Origin: Spirochaetia bacterium
GTDB taxonomy: Bacteria > Spirochaetota > Spirochaetia > DSM-2461
Length of the DNA: 64,000 nucleotides
Direction of reading: 5' to 3'
Assembly (NCBI GenBank): GCA_963666985.2
Contig: CAXXIA010000002.1
Location: 2,624,001-2,688,000, forward strand
Under the pieces are notes generated by a model, which had not been told where the DNA came from, ran no database searches, and worked only from the letters and a program-made list of their open reading frames with translations. Below are positions 10,204 to 20,021 of the stretch, one piece after another; the first letter of the stretch is position 1; the number at the start of each line of letters is the position of its first letter. Position numbers and translations under genes: made by a program.

Positions 10204-11896
10204 GTTTGAGACAGCCCCTTTTAAAATTTGGTTGACCTCCGAAGACGGGAGGTTCCCTCCCATCCCCTTATCGTTTCTGTAGCTTCCTCATGTTATGAGC
10301 CATACTCAACAGTCCCCATTCAGTACTGACCATCTTCAATCCCCTGGTTCGGAATCTCCGAAATCCCATATTCGTCTTGATATCTCCGAATACAGATTCG
10401 ACTTCAATCGGCCTGAGAGAGCGCATTCTCAGTCCTTCCTCTGAAGTCAGCAACTTGCGCACTTCAGACTTATGCCGTTCCAGGTTTGGACGAACCGTCA
10501 GGATGCGCTCTTTGCCTCCGTATTTGCAGCACCGGATTCGGAGAGAACACCTTTGGCATCCAGGGCCTGTATACCTTTTTTCAGTGGTCGGAAATCCTGA
10601 ACCTGTTTTCGAGATTCTGGTCTCCTCGTGTTTGAATCGGCGACCCTTGGGGCACCGGTATGTATCATCAGAGGCACGATAGTCCCAGTTCTCTTTCATA
10701 TGAATCTGCTTCTTGAACTTCCGTTTCCGCTCCCTGTGGAAGTAGCTGAACTTGATGTACTTCTCGACACCATGATCCTCACACCACTGGTAGTTCTCTT
10801 CACTACCATATCCTGAATCAGCAATGATTCTTTTCGGATAGCGTTTCAGATTCTTTTTCAGTTTCTCCATATGTAGCGGCAATGTCAGGGAGTCACCGGG
10901 ACTCTGGTGGATGCTATATCCGAGGATGAACTGGTTCTCAGTACCCATTTGGATGTTGTACCCGGGCTTGAGCTGACCATTTTTCATATAGTCTTCTTTC
11001 ATCCGCATGAAAGTCGCATCATAGTCTGTTTTCGAGTAACTATTTCGGTCGCCGAGGATTCTCTTCTGCTGCTCATACTTTTTGGCACGAGGGAGATAGT
11101 CCTTGCTAGCGGTATTCAATCTCCGTTGAATCTCCTTCTTTTCTCGCTCCTCCCGATCCTTGCGCAGCTCTTCATTGAGCTTGGATACCGCATCTTCGAG
11201 AATCTCCGACATCGGCCTGCCTTGAGGATCCACATGGGGAAGGTCATGGTCGCCGTACTTCTCATCCTCTTCTTCATTGATGCGGTCGATGTATTCGAAA
11301 AGCTCATCCATATTGCCGGCCAGGCGCTTCTGGAACTTGTCTGTCGCCCGGCCCCATACCCATGTGTATTTGTTAGCTGCTGATTCGATTTTTGTGCCGT
11401 CGAGAAAGTAGTTCTCCATCTGGACATGTCCGCTCTCGATGAGGCTGTTGGCCATTGAGGCAAAGATTTTCTCGATGCTCTTCTTCAATGGACCGTTACG
11501 AAATCTGTTTATCGTGTGGAAATCAGGACGGTTATTACCACTGATCCACATGAAGCATATCTGCTCACGAAGAGCGTCTGCGATTTGACGACAGGAATAC
11601 AGCTGTTTCGAGTAGGCCAACACCAGAACCTTCAGCATCATCACCGGGTGGTAGCTGCTGGCACCGCCTCCCGGATAGGCGTTGAAGAGCTCACTGGTAT
11701 CCATCGTGTCGATGAAGTTGTTGATTGTGCGGGATATATGGTTTGCGGGAAGCAGTTCATCGAGACTTGGAGGCAGGAGCATCTGTTGGCTGATTTCGTA
11801 ATCTTTGAATGTAGCCTTCTTTTTAGTGTCCATGAAGAATTCTACCACCCTTGAATTCAGAAGGGAATTCTTCCAGACATGAAAAAGGGCCGCCTC
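10204..11896 (-). mobile_element. IS1182-family insertion sequence
   Basis: Transposase flanked by imperfect IRs GAGACAGCCCCTTTT (10208-10222) and AAAAAGGGCCGCCTC (11882-11896). TTA is repeated at 10201-10203 and 11897-11899. Exact ends are approximate. Confidence 0.8.
10268..11833 (-). CDS. IS1182-family transposase
   Basis: LLPPSLDELLP, GASSYHPVMMLKV, PDFHTINRFR, LDGTKIESAAN, SKTDYDATFMRMK, IADSGYGS, VESVFGDIK. Start taken as ATG 11833 (ORF extends to GTG 11848). Confidence 0.93.
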   Translation of the reverse strand: MDTKKKATFKDYEISQQMLLPPSLDELLPANHISRTINNFIDTMDTSELFNAYPGGGASSYHPVMMLKVLVLAYSKQLYSCRQIADALREQICFMWISGNNRPDFHTINRFRNGPLKKSIEKIFASMANSLIESGHVQMENYFLDGTKIESAANKYTWVWGRATDKFQKRLAGNMDELFEYIDRINEEEDEKYGDHDLPHVDPQGRPMSEILEDAVSKLNEELRKDREEREKKEIQRRLNTASKDYLPRAKKYEQQKRILGDRNSYSKTDYDATFMRMKEDYMKNGQLKPGYNIQMGTENQFILGYSIHQSPGDSLTLPLHMEKLKKNLKRYPKRIIADSGYGSEENYQWCEDHGVEKYIKFSYFHRERKRKFKKQIHMKENWDYRASDDTYRCPKGRRFKHEETRISKTGSGFPTTEKRYTGPGCQRCSLRIRCCKYGGKERILTVRPNLERHKSEVRKLLTSEEGLRMRSLRPIEVESVFGDIKTNMGFRRFRTRGLKMVSTEWGLLSMAHNMRKLQKR

Positions 11897-11921
11897 TTAT
11901 GAGACAGCCCCTTTTTTAATT

Positions 11922-11995
11922 CGCGTCCTGCAGGACTCGAACCTGCGACCTACGGGTTCGAAGCCCGGTACTCTATCCATCTGAGCTAAGGACGC
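11922..11995 (-). tRNA. tRNA-Arg (anticodon TCG)
   Basis: Reverse complement: GCGTCCT-TAGCTCAGATGGATAGAGTA-CCGGG CTTCGAA CCCGT-AGGTC-GCAGG TTCGAGT CCTGC-AGGACGC-G. Cloverleaf, CCA not encoded. Confidence 0.95.
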
Positions 11996-12016
11996 ATACC
12001 GCCCCTTCGGGGCGAG

Positions 12017-12090
12017 GGTGGATGACGGGACTTGAACCCGCGACAACCAGAACCACAATCTGGCGCTCTACCAACTGAACTACATCCACC
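12017..12090 (-). tRNA. tRNA-His (anticodon GTG, with G-1)
   Basis: Reverse complement: G-GTGGATG-TAGTTCAGTTGGTAGAGCG-CCAGA TTGTGGT TCTGG-TTGTC-GCGGG TTCAAGT CCCGT-CATCCAC-C. Confidence 0.95.
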
Positions 12091-12209
12091 ATGTCGTGAC
12101 GGCAATGGCCACGGGCACTTTTTTTACCCCTTTGGGCCTCCTCATGTCAATACAAGGGTGGACGCTTTATTATTGAAGAGCTATTCTGCGTCGGCTGTAG
12201 AGGTATGAT

Positions 12210-12509
12210 ATGGAACTTACGAAGACACAGCGCCGATGGCTGGCATCAAAGGCGCAGAAGATCAAACCGACCGTGATGATAGGCAAAGAAGGGCTTTCGG
12301 AAGGCGTGACGAAGCAGACCGACGCGGAACTGGAGGCTCATGAGCTGATTAAGGTCCGCTTTGTCGGCCACAAGGAGTTTCTTGAGGAAATCGCGCCGAT
12401 GCTGGCTTCGAATACCGGTGCGGAGCTGGTTCGGACAATTGGTCATGTGGCTGTTCTCTATCGGCCTCGGGAAGAGGAAGAGAAACGGGAGATTATTCTT
12501 CCGTGCTAA
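12210..12509 (+). CDS. yhbY: ribosome assembly RNA-binding protein YhbY (CRM domain)
   Basis: LTKTQRRWL...KPTVMIGKEGL...ELEAHELIKVRF...TIGHVAVLYRP. Confidence 0.9.
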   Translation: MELTKTQRRWLASKAQKIKPTVMIGKEGLSEGVTKQTDAELEAHELIKVRFVGHKEFLEEIAPMLASNTGAELVRTIGHVAVLYRPREEEEKREIILPC

Positions 12510-12565
12510 ACGTCTGCTGATTTCCAAGTGATAATAATCGGGACGGATATAACGTCTTTTTCCGA

Positions 12566-13477
12566 TTAGGTGACGTTTTCCTTGTTTTTGTTAAAGGGAA
12601 AGCGTTCGTAGAAGAAATCCAGAAAAACCTTGAATGCCGGATTGGTATTATTCCGATTCCAGAAAAGAACTGTGAAAAACGTTGTGTCCAATCCTTCAAG
12701 ATCAAGCATGGCGCATCCTTGTATATTTTCCCGGGCAACAGGAGCGGGAATAATGGATCCTACCGTTCCCGATCGGACATTGAGAAGGATGGTATCAATT
12801 GAATCAGGAGACTGGATCTGACCGTCTTCAACCGCATCGGTGAGATCAAGACTTTCCCAGAGATGCCGAATAAAGGGAAACTGATTATACCCAAGGAAAA
12901 TGAATTTCTCATTTTGCAGCATGTCGATCGAAATCTTTTCAAATCGAGCCAGAGGGTGGGTATCCGATAAGATGACACAAAAGCGTTCTTTGAAAAGAGG
13001 AACAATCTCGAATGTCTCTTCATCTTCAATTTCAAAAGAAAAACAAATTCCGAAATCACCCCTGCCGATGGCGACCGAATCCCGGATTAAACCTGTTGGT
13101 CTGTTTTGTGCCGTAAAGCGAACATTGGGATAGGTTTTGCAAAAGTCACGGTAAAGCTGTATCAATTCGGGATAGTAGACCTGCAAACTTTCATAAACAA
13201 TTCTTCCGTATGTACCATTTGAAAACATGCGCATTCTTTCAAGAAGTTTTTCCCGCCTGAGGAGCAATTCATTACATTCCTCCAGAAATACGGCTCCGGC
13301 GGAAGAAAGGTGCATGGATTTATTATCTCGGATAAAGAGTTTGACTTGAAATTCATCTTCCAGTAATAAGATCTGACGGCTGAGAGTCGGCTGGCTGACA
13401 TGAATGATTTCTGATGTTTTTGTAAAATTTAAGTTTTTTGCCAGGGCGGAAAAGGATAGCAATTGTTCAAAGGTCAT
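12566..13477 (-). CDS. LysR-family transcriptional regulator
   Basis: N-terminal HTH (NFTKTSEIIHVSQPTLSRQILLLEDEF), 303 aa, divergent from the downstream operon. Confidence 0.93.
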   Translation of the reverse strand: MTFEQLLSFSALAKNLNFTKTSEIIHVSQPTLSRQILLLEDEFQVKLFIRDNKSMHLSSAGAVFLEECNELLLRREKLLERMRMFSNGTYGRIVYESLQVYYPELIQLYRDFCKTYPNVRFTAQNRPTGLIRDSVAIGRGDFGICFSFEIEDEETFEIVPLFKERFCVILSDTHPLARFEKISIDMLQNEKFIFLGYNQFPFIRHLWESLDLTDAVEDGQIQSPDSIDTILLNVRSGTVGSIIPAPVARENIQGCAMLDLEGLDTTFFTVLFWNRNNTNPAFKVFLDFFYERFPFNKNKENVT

Positions 13478-13805
13478 TTATATTTTCCTCCCCCTCCCTC
13501 TATGAGGCTATAAAATTACTCTATATATAGTGGGCTTTTACTGACTGATCTTACTATGACGGGGTGGACAGTTCAATATGAAATGTCCGCTCTGCCGGTT
13601 CTTGTATCATAACTCAGGAGATATCGATCAAGAAGGATTAGTTCTCTTTATAAACGATATCTTTGATGACTCCGTTATTCGAAATCCGAATACACTTAGT
13701 CGAAATTTCAATTTTACTCCTGAAAAAACCCTCCCTATAATCGGGACTCGCGGATACGGATAAGTCTGTTCCATATCCGGATAAAACATGTAGGAGAAAT
13801 TCATC

Positions 13806-15758
13806 TTGAGTCAACAACAAAAAAAATACGCAAACCTTTTATCCCCGTTCAGAATTGGAAATATTGTTCTGAAAAACAGAATGATTTCATCTCCAAGTCG
13901 CCCGCATTTTGCACAAGGCGGAGAACCTTATCCTACGGATACATGGATTTCCCATTTTGAAAAGAAGGCAAGAAATGGTGCCGCCATTGTTACCTGCAGC
14001 GGTGCCGGAGGTGAGAATCTTGATCCGTCTCACGGATTATTATTCGATATTTTCCAAGGCCATAACCAGCATTATCTTTCTCAGTTGACGGAATCTTGTC
14101 ACTTTTATGGAACACGTGTTCATATGGCTCTTTATCCGATTCATGACAGGAAATGGGATGTCAGCAGTGATGTTCCTTCAATCTTTGTTATGGGTGACGG
14201 CAGTGAGATAACTTACGGCAAGGAAATCCCCGAAGAGGAAATCTTAAGAATTACCGAGCATATGGCCCATCAGGCTCTGGTACTGAAAAGAGACTGCGGT
14301 TTTGATGGTGTTTTTCTTCATATGTGCTATCGGGCAACCCTGCTGGCCAGAAGTCTATCTCCCTTGACGAATATCCGAACCGACAAGTACGGAGGCAGTC
14401 TTGAAAACCGCTGCCGCTGGCCTTTAATGGTCTGTAAAGCCATTAAGGAAAAATGCGGAAATGATTTTCTCATTGAGGCCTGTATTACCGGAGAGGATAT
14501 GGAAGAGGGCGGATGGACTCTCGAAGATTCAATAGAATTCGCCAAAATGGGCAAGGGCTATTTTGATATGCTTCAGCTCAGGAGCCCCGCTATTGATCCG
14601 AATCATCCCACCAGCTTCAACCCTAAAGCAACCCCCTGGCTCTATATGGCCGAAACGGTAAAAAAGGCCGGAGTGGATATGCCTATTGTCGCCATATCCG
14701 GATTCAGTCATCCGGATCTTGGGGAAGCCGCGCTTGCATCCGGGAAAGCCGATTTGGTATCCATGGCAAGAGCGTTTATCTCCAATCCGGAATGGGGAAA
14801 GCTTGTTGAAGAAGGCCGCGGAGAAGATATTGTTCCCTGCCTTCGATGCAATAAATGCCACAAGAGCAGCATGGCCGATCCTTGGGCCAGCGTTTGTTCG
14901 GTCAATCCGGTTTTCGGGCTGGAATACAAGATTGAACGGATGATTCCTCCGGAAGGTCCGTCCAAATCCGTCGCGGTTATCGGCGGCGGACCGGCGGGGA
15001 TGCAGGCGGCACTAAACGCGCTGGGCCGCGGACATAACGTAACCCTTTATGAAAAGAGTGACAAACTCGGCGGACTTTTAAAATGTGCCGATAAAGTGAA
15101 ATTTAAATGGACAATTCTGGCCTATAAGAATTTTCTGATCCGCCGGATAGAAAAATCAAAAGTCCGACTGTTTTTAAATACCGAGGCCACTCCTCAAATA
15201 ATCAATAACGAACATTACGATGTGGTGATTGCCGCGGTCGGTTCGGAGCCGCTTTTTCCGCCGATCCCCGGCATTGATCGGGAAAATGTTGTTTTCGCTG
15301 TTGATGTTTATGGAGGAGCGTATTCCGTTCCAACCGATACGGTCGTTGTAATCGGCGGAGGTGAGATAGGAGTTGAGACCGGAATGCTTCTGGCTCAGCA
15401 GGGCAAAAAGGTTACGCTCCTCGAAATGAGGGAGCGATTGGCTATGGATGCTACTCCTGTTCATTATTACAGCATGTTCATGGAAGCTTGGCAAAAAGAG
15501 TCAAATCTAACACCGATAGTTCGGGCAACGTGTACGGGCATCGGCAAGGATTGTGTAACGTACAGGGATGCTGACGGTGCGGAACGGACGGTGAAAGCCG
15601 GAACGGTCGTGATTGCCGCCGGAATGAAGCCGAAAACGGATGAAGCGCTGAAATTCGCCGCATCGGGAAGTCTTTTCAAGATGATAGGTGACTGTAATCA
15701 AGTTGGGAATGTTCAGAAATGCACTCGGAGTGCTTTTGGGATAGTGAGTTCTCTTTAA
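13806..15758 (+). CDS. NADH:flavin oxidoreductase, Old Yellow Enzyme TIM barrel + [4Fe-4S] + FAD domain (FadH/BaiCD-like)
   Basis: LKNRMI, RTDKYGGSLENR, CLRCNKC...C cluster motif, GGGPAG and GGGEIG Rossmann motifs. TTG start with RBS AGGAG. Confidence 0.9.
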   Translation: MSQQQKKYANLLSPFRIGNIVLKNRMISSPSRPHFAQGGEPYPTDTWISHFEKKARNGAAIVTCSGAGGENLDPSHGLLFDIFQGHNQHYLSQLTESCHFYGTRVHMALYPIHDRKWDVSSDVPSIFVMGDGSEITYGKEIPEEEILRITEHMAHQALVLKRDCGFDGVFLHMCYRATLLARSLSPLTNIRTDKYGGSLENRCRWPLMVCKAIKEKCGNDFLIEACITGEDMEEGGWTLEDSIEFAKMGKGYFDMLQLRSPAIDPNHPTSFNPKATPWLYMAETVKKAGVDMPIVAISGFSHPDLGEAALASGKADLVSMARAFISNPEWGKLVEEGRGEDIVPCLRCNKCHKSSMADPWASVCSVNPVFGLEYKIERMIPPEGPSKSVAVIGGGPAGMQAALNALGRGHNVTLYEKSDKLGGLLKCADKVKFKWTILAYKNFLIRRIEKSKVRLFLNTEATPQIINNEHYDVVIAAVGSEPLFPPIPGIDRENVVFAVDVYGGAYSVPTDTVVVIGGGEIGVETGMLLAQQGKKVTLLEMRERLAMDATPVHYYSMFMEAWQKESNLTPIVRATCTGIGKDCVTYRDADGAERTVKAGTVVIAAGMKPKTDEALKFAASGSLFKMIGDCNQVGNVQKCTRSAFGIVSSL

Positions 15759-15929
15759 ATCGGTAAATGAACTGCAATTCGAAATGTGGATAGTGCAATA
15801 CGGAATTCCAATTGGGAAATGGGAAATTCCTGTGTTAAGGTCGAGATCCGGGGAATCGAAATGAAGGCAAAGTTTATCTTAACCAGATGTCCGATTAACC
15901 GGTGTTAATAATCAAATCGGGGAGAAGTT

Positions 15930-16967
15930 ATGAAAAAGAATTACACATGTACGGTTATCTTGGCTTTGATGATGATCCTATCATTGTTTTTTTCCTGTTC
16001 CAAAACGGAGCAAGCTTCTAAAACGGGAACGGCCGGTGAAGCGGGAGGCGAAGCGGGAGGCGAAGTCTCATCTTCGGTGGAAAAGATGAAGGCCGCCATA
16101 ATTGTCCCCATGCTGACGGTCGAAGCCCTTCAGGCAATTTGTGAATCCTTTGAAGCGAACTGTGCCAAGTATGGTATTGAAGCGGATTCGGCGTCGGCGG
16201 ATGTATCGATTCCCAGGTATATTGAGTTGATTCAAAATTACGTTGCGGATGAATACGATATTCTTGTTATCATTCCTTTGGATGCGACCGGTTTGGAAGA
16301 TGTTGTTGTTTCGGCTCGCAAAGCCGGTACGAAAATTGTGATGCTTTCAACATATCCCTCCTATGAAGTTGACGGAGGAATGATTTGTGATTATGAAACC
16401 ACCGGTTATGCCGTTGCCAAAATGGCCGTAGCCTGGTTGGATCAGGTTTATTCCGGTGCCGCGGCCGACAGTGTCGGATTCGGGGTGGTTGCATCGGAAA
16501 CGCCCGAAGAATATCTGCTCTGCAAGAAAGCCATGATCAGCACCATTAACGCAAGCAAAGCGGGCTATGTGGCTTACGTTAGCGGTGAAGAAGTCGGCGG
16601 CAGTGTTGACGCCGGATATAATTTTGCCCAGGAAGCGATGACGGCCGATCCGAACATCAGGATTTTCGTTTGTAACGAACCGGATTCCGCAAAGGGCGTG
16701 AATAACTATCTTATGTCCGTCGGAGATTTAAAGCGTAAGGACTACGCGATTTTCTCCATCAACACGGATGAAACGGCGATGAAGCTTGTTGCTCAGTCCT
16801 CGTCCGATGAGTCTTTATTGCGGGGACTCATTCCTTATGGGAATCCCGATGTCGGCGGGGTGGCCGCCGGTATTGTCAACAGTATCCTTGCGGGTGAAAA
16901 AACTCCTTACTGGGTTTATGACGAAATCTTTACCCATAATTCTTTCGGTTGGGAATACACGAAATAG
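15930..16967 (+). CDS. ABC transporter substrate-binding lipoprotein (RbsB-like periplasmic binding fold)
   Basis: Signal peptide with FSC lipobox, LacI/RbsB-like pattern, upstream of ATPase and permease. 12-bp tandem repeat (EAGG x2) in the linker at 16038-16061. Confidence 0.8.
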   Translation: MKKNYTCTVILALMMILSLFFSCSKTEQASKTGTAGEAGGEAGGEVSSSVEKMKAAIIVPMLTVEALQAICESFEANCAKYGIEADSASADVSIPRYIELIQNYVADEYDILVIIPLDATGLEDVVVSARKAGTKIVMLSTYPSYEVDGGMICDYETTGYAVAKMAVAWLDQVYSGAAADSVGFGVVASETPEEYLLCKKAMISTINASKAGYVAYVSGEEVGGSVDAGYNFAQEAMTADPNIRIFVCNEPDSAKGVNNYLMSVGDLKRKDYAIFSINTDETAMKLVAQSSSDESLLRGLIPYGNPDVGGVAAGIVNSILAGEKTPYWVYDEIFTHNSFGWEYTK

Positions 16968-17039
16968 CACAATCTTAAAAAGTAATATCCATTCATGAGG
17001 CGCTTTTGAAGCGCCTCTCTTCCGCAACGAGGAATTATT

Positions 17040-18539
17040 TTGAATACGACGAAAGAAGATGTTTTTCTTTCCTTAAGAAATATTACAAAAGTCTATCCCG
17101 GTGTTTTGGCTCTTAATGATGTTTCCGTAGATTTTCTTCAGGGTGAAGTTCATGCAATCGTCGGCGAGAACGGAGCCGGGAAATCCACGCTTATAAAAAC
17201 CATTACCGGAAGTGTTCAGCCCGAAAGGGGCTCAATCATTCTGAAGGGAAAGGAATATCAGGGTATACGGCCGAACGAGGCCAGAAATTTTGGAATTGAA
17301 GCCATCTATCAGGAATTGAATCTTATTGACTGTCTGACTGCCGCGGAGAATATCTGCCTTGGGCGAAAATACGGCCGGCTGATCAATCAAAAGGCTATGA
17401 ATCATACGGCTCAGGAGCTTTTTGACCGGTTTAAAATTGATATCAACCCCAAAACGCCCGTTCGTGAATTAAGCAATGCCAAACGGCAGATTGTTGAAAT
17501 TGCCAAAGCCGTATCAAAGGGTGCGCGGCTTCTGATTATGGATGAACCGACGGCTCCGCTGACAAATGCCGAGATATCCATTTTGATGGATATTATCCGT
17601 CAATTGAAAGCTGAAGGCGTTACCGTCATTTACATCTCTCACAGACTGGATGAGATTTTTCAGATTTCCGACAGAGTCAGTGTTTTCCGGGACGGGAAAT
17701 ACATCGTTACAAAGAAGACTGCCGATACCGATCGCGGTGAATTGATCAGTCTTATGGTGGGACGTGAATTGTCGGAAACCTATCCTGAAAGAAAAACCGA
17801 AGAGGGTGAGGAAGTTTTCAGGATTGAAAATCTTACCGGCAACGGCGTGAAAAACATTTCATTGAATCTGCATCGCGGGACAATTCTCGGATTAGCCGGA
17901 TTGGTTGGGAGCGGGCGCAGTGAAATTATGAAAGTTGTCTTCGGCCTGAAAAAAAAGCAATGGGGAAGAATCTTTATAAAAGGAACTGAAGTTGATATTA
18001 AAAATCCCCGGGAAGCAATTCGCTGCGGGCTCGGCATTGTACCGGAAGATAGGAAACGCGAAGGCTGTCTTATCATGTACAGTGTTGAACAAAATCTCGG
18101 CTTCAACTGTATTGAATCAATATCCAGAGGACCGGTATTCAGCCGATCGAAACTTCAGGAAATCGGAAACAAATTTATCAAGATTCTGAACATAAAAACT
18201 CCTTCCCCCGGACAGAAAGTTTTCACTTTGTCGGGAGGAAATCAGCAAAAAGTTGTTATCGGAAAAACCCTGGCCGCGGAAGCGGATATCATTATTTTCG
18301 ATGAACCGACCCGCGGTATCGACGTAGGCGCCAAGCATGAAATCTATACATTGATGAATCAGCTATGCGCCGACGGGAAGGCAATTATTATGATTACTTC
18401 CGACATGGAGGAACTGCTTGGAATGTCGGACCGAATCATCGTTTTTCATGAACAGGAAATGGCCGGGGAAGTACCTCCGGACAAATTCAATCAGGAATAT
18501 ATCCTTAATCTCGCTTCCGGCGGAAAAGAATCAGCATGA
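17040..18539 (+). CDS. monosaccharide ABC transporter ATP-binding protein (RbsA/MglA-like, two ABC domains)
   Basis: GENGAGKST, MDEPT, LSGGNQQK, FDEPTRGIDVGAK. Confidence 0.95.
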   Translation: MNTTKEDVFLSLRNITKVYPGVLALNDVSVDFLQGEVHAIVGENGAGKSTLIKTITGSVQPERGSIILKGKEYQGIRPNEARNFGIEAIYQELNLIDCLTAAENICLGRKYGRLINQKAMNHTAQELFDRFKIDINPKTPVRELSNAKRQIVEIAKAVSKGARLLIMDEPTAPLTNAEISILMDIIRQLKAEGVTVIYISHRLDEIFQISDRVSVFRDGKYIVTKKTADTDRGELISLMVGRELSETYPERKTEEGEEVFRIENLTGNGVKNISLNLHRGTILGLAGLVGSGRSEIMKVVFGLKKKQWGRIFIKGTEVDIKNPREAIRCGLGIVPEDRKREGCLIMYSVEQNLGFNCIESISRGPVFSRSKLQEIGNKFIKILNIKTPSPGQKVFTLSGGNQQKVVIGKTLAAEADIIIFDEPTRGIDVGAKHEIYTLMNQLCADGKAIIMITSDMEELLGMSDRIIVFHEQEMAGEVPPDKFNQEYILNLASGGKESA

Positions 18540-19582
18540 ATAAACAAGGCGGATTAATTATGAATAGTGAAAGAGAGAATTTTATATCAGCCGTTCTTCT
18601 ATGGATGAAAACGCACATTATGTATCTGGTACTTATAATTCTTCTTGTTTTTTTTGCTACCCAGAAACCGAATTTTCTTTCCTGGAGAAATCTTCGGAAT
18701 ATCCTGGATCAGTCATCCTACATTATCGTTGTCGGCGTTGGCGTCGGATTGGTGATGCTTGCCGGCGGAATCGATCTTTCCGTGGGATTTCAGATGTCGC
18801 TGAACGGCGTTATTCTCGGACTGCTCCTAACCCGGACTCCCATTCCCTGGTATGTATCAATTGTTATTTGTCTGGTTTTGGGGTCGCTTTTGTCGCTGGT
18901 AAACGGGATTCTCTATGTGAAGATGAAGGTTTTTCCCTTCATCATCACCCTGGCCACCCAATACTGCTACCAGGGTCTTTCCTACATGATTTCAGGGTCT
19001 AAAACGATCGGAAGTCTTCCGGCCGCCTTCAAGGTTATCGGACAGAAATCTTTATGCGGTTTGCCGATTTCCATCATCATCATGATTGTTATTGTTTTAA
19101 TAGGTTCGTTTATTTTGAATCGAACCTATTTCGGGCATTTCTATATTTACGGTCTCGGCGGCAATCCCGAAGCCGTTGCCCTCTCCGGTGTGAACACGAA
19201 AAGAACCTATCTCCTTGTCTATGGTTTGGCCGGTCTGTTTATCGGACTGGGAACTGTGATGCTTGTTTCCAGAACCGGATCGGCCGCTTCCTCCATGGGA
19301 CCGGGAACGGAATTTACCATCATAGCCGGCGGCATGCTGGGCGGCATCAAGCTCGGCGGCGGGGGCGGAAAGATATCCAGTATTGTGATCGGAGTATTAA
19401 TTTTGAGTGTTTTATCCAACGGAATGCAGCTGATGCAGCTGGGAAATTATCCGCAGTACCTCGCCAAGGGATTGGTGCTGATCTCAGCCATCGGTTTCGA
19501 TGCTTATCAATCGAGTTCGGTTATCAGGAAGGCTGAGATCGTCTTCGGCAAAGAACCTCGAAAGGAGGAACATCATGTGTAA
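18536..19582 (+). CDS. ABC transporter permease (RbsC-like)
   Basis: GGIDLSVG, GGNPEAVALSGVN, many TM helices. Confidence 0.92.
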   Translation: MNKQGGLIMNSERENFISAVLLWMKTHIMYLVLIILLVFFATQKPNFLSWRNLRNILDQSSYIIVVGVGVGLVMLAGGIDLSVGFQMSLNGVILGLLLTRTPIPWYVSIVICLVLGSLLSLVNGILYVKMKVFPFIITLATQYCYQGLSYMISGSKTIGSLPAAFKVIGQKSLCGLPISIIIMIVIVLIGSFILNRTYFGHFYIYGLGGNPEAVALSGVNTKRTYLLVYGLAGLFIGLGTVMLVSRTGSAASSMGPGTEFTIIAGGMLGGIKLGGGGGKISSIVIGVLILSVLSNGMQLMQLGNYPQYLAKGLVLISAIGFDAYQSSSVIRKAEIVFGKEPRKEEHHV

Positions 19583-20021
19583 CGGCAGCAAAGAATCTTC
19601 GGGAGATTCGCAGCGGGAATACCGTTTGTTCGTACCGGGAATTGTTAAGAAAACCGAAGAGGGCGCGGTTCTGACCGGGAGTCTCTGCAGAATATGCGGC
19701 AAGAAAACTTTTCCTCCGACCGAGTTCTGCCCCAATTGTCTTTCCGAAGATCTGGAGGAATGGGAACTCTCGGGAACCGGAACGCTTTACACCTATACGA
19801 TTACCCGACTGGACGGGGAACATTTCCCCGCGCCGTATCCTCACGGCATTATCCGGATTCCGGAAGATGAAGTGTCTTTGGTGGCGCCCCTTATTGTCGA
19901 TGAAGGTTCGGAACCTCGAATCGGAGACACAATGGAACCTGTATTTGAACGACTCTGGACCGATGAGGATGGTACGGAGATTTACGGGTACAAATACAGA
20001 AAATGCGGAGATGCGACATGA
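19575..20021 (+). CDS. DUF35-family Zn-ribbon/OB-fold protein (thiolase partner)
   Basis: CRICG..FPP...CPNC Zn ribbon, GTGTLYTYTI OB fold. RBS AGGAGG at 19563 before ATG 19575. Confidence 0.85.
   Translation: MCNGSKESSGDSQREYRLFVPGIVKKTEEGAVLTGSLCRICGKKTFPPTEFCPNCLSEDLEEWELSGTGTLYTYTITRLDGEHFPAPYPHGIIRIPEDEVSLVAPLIVDEGSEPRIGDTMEPVFERLWTDEDGTEIYGYKYRKCGDAT

Noticed and set aside
9579..10204. Short ORFs (65-99 aa) in the tRNA-downstream repeat region
   Set aside because: They run through hairpins and repeats, lack RBSs and recognisable motifs; the shared peptide SLGDEYPSSPLNFLKLKK only reflects the DNA repeat.
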